Shown: one piece after another, positions 60,378 to 64,000 of the stretch
Position numbering within the stretch: the first letter of the stretch is position 1
Layout of the letters: the number at the start of each line of letters is the position of its first letter
Assembly: GCA_977020255.1 (NCBI GenBank)
Contig: CDROCS010003124.1
Coordinates: forward strand, 124,001 to 188,000
Origin: Obrimoposthia wandeli
Taxonomy: Eukaryota
Direction of reading: 5' to 3'
Length of the DNA stretch: 64,000 nt
Made by a program: the position numbers and the translations under genes
Notes under the pieces: model-generated
Told to the model about the DNA's origin: nothing
What the model saw: only the letters and a program-made list of their open reading frames with translations
Databases searched by the model: none

Positions 60378-61209
60378 TAGTTGGCAACCAAGGCATTTTT
60401 AAAAGATGGTGCAATTTACTCTCTTTTTTAGTTGAAATATTCATCTGTCAGCTTTATTCAGAATAAGTCGAAGGTAGCTCAATTTTTTATTCGGTAAATT
60501 AAAGAACAATGAAAAGGTATTATGTTTATACAGTACTCGGTTTCAGTTTTTAAAGAAAAAGACAGTTAACGATCATTTTCACTTTTAAAAATTGATTTGT
60601 TTCGGATTTAGGTAAGAAAACTGGGAGAAGTCAGCTCCAAAATCCGATCTTCCGTGTCAGACATAACGAAAAAGATCAAGGTTAGAATTTTGTTGGGGTC
60701 CTAGTTAGAAAGGAAATTTTCATACAACTCGCCTGACATAAATCTTACTGGCCCGAAAATGTGTGCATATATCTATATATATATCATAGTTATCTAATTT
60801 TATTATCTTGAAGAAACCGACATTTACATGTTACTACTTCTTTTCATGAATCAAACCCGAGTTTTGTGGTCATATTTATCATGCTTTATTGATTTGAGGT
60901 TATCCGCTATTTGTAATAAAAACATAATGTTATAAAATTCCGGAAAAAAATTAATTTTATCTCTTTAAATTGACGACAAAATTTTCCATCTGATTAAAGT
61001 AAGTTTTTATGGATAGTTTGCAGACTGATTACAATTTTTTATATGTACAAAACAAATAAAAATATGATACGGCATTTTACATTTCTATCTTTATTTAATT
61101 AATTTATTACTGCAATTTTGTAATTTGTAAAATTTCTATATTGGAAGTAGTTACCGAGGAGAGTATTATGGAAAATAATTTTACGGATATAGATTATGAA
61201 ATTCTAATT

Positions 61210-61710
61210 TCTGGAGAACCTTTTTTTAAATTGCTTTGTAAGAGATTTGAATATTTCTAAATGACAGGCTGAAATACTTGGCTTACGTTTGCAACAATGG
61301 AATCTTTTCAAAATCAATACAAGCATTTCATGTTTTTGTAACAGATCGTAACTAATACTTAATCGTTTTAACTGAATATACTAATATATTTGTATTAAAT
61401 CGTTATTTTGTGTATAAAAATGTGTTTTCTGTCTATGTCCGATGTCTCAGCAGAATTCTGACAAGAGGGAATTTTTAAATTAACATTTTTGTAATAAACT
61501 ATTCAGATTAGTAATATGCTTTTTCGTGAAATGGAAAATATAACATTTATTATTTGTTGTGCTGGGGCAATAAATTTTTTATTATGAGCTGTTCGATAAT
61601 CTGTTTCTATTTTCATATTCTAGATCGTAGCTTATTTCATATTGATGATTATATTGGATTTGTCAGGTTTGTCGGATGTCGTGGAGCATTTGGAAAAACC
61701 ATAGCAAAAA
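61210..61710 (+). pseudogene. Chapaev3-like transposase relic
   Basis: NCFVRDLNISK*QAEILGLRLQQWNLF matches the recalled Chapaev3 motif NDLVRDLxLxKxxAELLGSRLQQWNLL. Confidence 0.55.
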
Positions 61711-63040
61711 GTAACATTTCAGAGAAAAAATATTATACAAAATGTAAATAATTTCCAAAAGTTAGTGAGAAGTAATTTTATTGTGATGGAAATTTATGCA
61801 GTGATTATTGCCGTTATCGAAAAGTTTTTTTATTGTTGAATCTGTTCTCTTTTCTTATAATGAATTTCCACTGAATTTTTTTTCAGTTTTTATATTTAAA
61901 CTTGTGTGTTAAATTTCCCTTTTGATATTGAAAAAATTGCTGAACCTTCCAGTTATTAACAAGTATTTTTACATATACAGTTAAAAAGTAAAAAAAAACA
62001 CACAAATATTATCATGGATTAAGTGCATTCAAACTAATTCATTTTTTCTTTTTTTCTCTTGGGATATTTATAATTATTTGACCTAATTCTTGTAAGTTGT
62101 AAAATCAAATTAAAAAGGACTTTTAGGGGATTTCTATATTTAGTTTTGATAGCTACATAGTAAGAGAATGAGTGAACAAAGTGAATGAGAGTGAGCAAAG
62201 GTTAGACTTGCGAATTCTATTCTTTTGAAAAATAGGATATCCTTCATAGCCTCAAAAATGTCAACATTTATACTTCTTTTAGCTTCTGCCAATATTTCCT
62301 TCAGAATAGAGGATATTTGGAGCGAAGTTGTATCTGTTAAACTGATTGATTATAAGTTCTGATTATGCAATGTCCTCAACTTATTCTTAATCTTTAAATG
62401 AGTACGATGTGTGACTTGCTTCATTGAAGTGGTCCATTTTTGGTAAGCAGAACTGGCGAAGTGAGATGAACTAAAGTTCATTTAGCGCCGTAGTTAATTA
62501 AACAAAAACGTCTGAAAACGTTTGTTAAAACTCTCAAATTCTGGACTAGGATCAATTGGAAAACTGTTTTTATAAACCATTTCCAGATTTTTTGATGATC
62601 GTAAATTTTATTTCGAAATTAACTAAAGGACAACTGAATCAAAGTAAAGTTCGTTATAAGCGATGTAGATTTTATTTATGAACCCTAGTTGTCATCCGCC
62701 TCCTCGCTTCATCAAACCCAGTAGCTCATCACTTTTGCCACTACTCATCGATTTCTAAGGGTCTTTCACTGTTGGTCCTTACAGATATTTCTACCCAAGT
62801 TTATAATGCAGGGTTCTTCTGAGTTCAAGCGAAGTGCCGCTTAACATCAATATTTAAAAATTCCCGAAACGAGGCTTATTTCCCAGTGGTTAATTGAAAT
62901 AGAAAGTAAATAACAAATTGCTAAAATTGCTCGAGGTCGTTTCTGATATTAACAAACGCCGACCAATGAAGGGCAATTGGCAATGTTTATCCGATAGAAT
63001 TGTTTTTAAGAAAGACATTTGTTTTTTGATAAAATGCAAC

Positions 63041-63965
63041 ACACGGTATCTGCATATGGAAGAATGATTACAGATGATTTATTTATTTGTCTGCTGCATT
63101 TTTCTGCTGGTTATGTGGTCATTAATGCACAAGTAGTGTTCAAATTTATCGTAAAAACATTTCAAAATTGTTTTTGCTATTGTAAATAGCATTTTTACCT
63201 GTTCATTTAACCATTTAGCCTCCGCTACTTGCTGCAGTTATTATGATTAACTAGACATTCTAAGAGTTTTGTAAATAAATTCTTTGAAAATAATATTTTG
63301 CATTCAGATTATTAAATTTCATACAGTGAATAATAACACGGTATCTGCATATGGAAGAATGATTACAGATGATTTATTTATTTGTCTGCTGCATTTTTCT
63401 GCTGGTTATGTGGTCATTAATGCACAAGTAGTGTTCAAATTTATCGTAAAAACATTTCAAAATTGTTTTTGCTATTGTAAATAGCATTTTTACCTGTTCA
63501 TTTAACCATTTAGCCTCCGCTACTTGCTGCAGTTATTATGATTAACTAGACATTCTAAGAGTTTTGTAAATAAATTCTTTGAAAATAATATTTTGCATTC
63601 AGATTATTAAATTTCATACAGTGAATAATAAAAAAATGGAAAACAAATCTTAGAAATATGGAAGAATGATTACAGATGATTTATTTATTTGTCTGCTGCA
63701 TTTTGCTGCTGGTTATGTGGTCATTAATGCACAAGTAGTGTTCAAATTTATCGTAAAAACATTTCAAAATTGTTTTTGCTATTGTAAATAGCATTTTTAC
63801 CTGTCCATTTAACCGTTTAGCCTCCGCTACTTGTTGCAGTTATTATGATTAACTAGACATTCTAAGAGTTTTGTAAATAAATTCTTTGAAAATAATATTT
63901 TGCATTCAGATTATTAAATTTCATACAGTGAATAATAAAAAAATGGAAAACAAATCTTAGAAATA
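63041..63965. repeat. ~295-307-bp tandem repeat, 3 copies
   Basis: ATATGGAAGAATGATTACAG at 63054, 63349 and 63656. Confidence 0.95.
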
Positions 63966-64000
63966 CAATTAGTTATAACTTAAATTTCTATCTGAAATGA

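Overview
AT-rich eukaryotic DNA, probably from an invertebrate animal (inferred from H2A, RPS15A, HSP110, DH-PH, piggyBac, Chapaev and BEL/Pao content); it is dominated by mobile elements. All family calls come from motif recognition by eye; no search was run. The main object is a ~15 kb Ty3/Gypsy-type LTR element (copy 2, 9825-24719, +). A diverged sister copy lies inverted (copy 1, 5898 to <1, -). Its order is: 2.2-2.5 kb LTR with tandem arrays, tRNA-Met PBS, gag, SUMO/ubiquitin-like domain, AT-hook, Bcl-2-like domain, chuvirus-type glycoprotein, aspartic protease 1, IAP (BIR-BIR-RING), aspartic protease 2, RT, RNase H, integrase, and an extra ORF with a duplicated domain. So an envelope-like gene and two different anti-apoptotic modules lie between gag and pol. 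Copy 2 is decayed by stops and frameshifts and lacks a 3' LTR. Copy 1 appears open for 780 codons after a single TGA that both copies share. Between the copies is a nested insertion (BIR gene, then piggyBac, then the LTR), a TBP-like relic and an H2A fragment. The rest of the window holds an RLE-type LINE fragment, an intact intronless RPS15A, a gag-only LTR relic, an HSP110 pseudogene and a deleted BEL/Pao element with a ubiquitin-Gag fusion. It also holds a DH-PH RhoGEF-like ORF, several MITEs and DNA-transposon relics, a GC-rich coding island and tandem repeats. No rRNA, tRNA genes or CRISPR arrays were seen.
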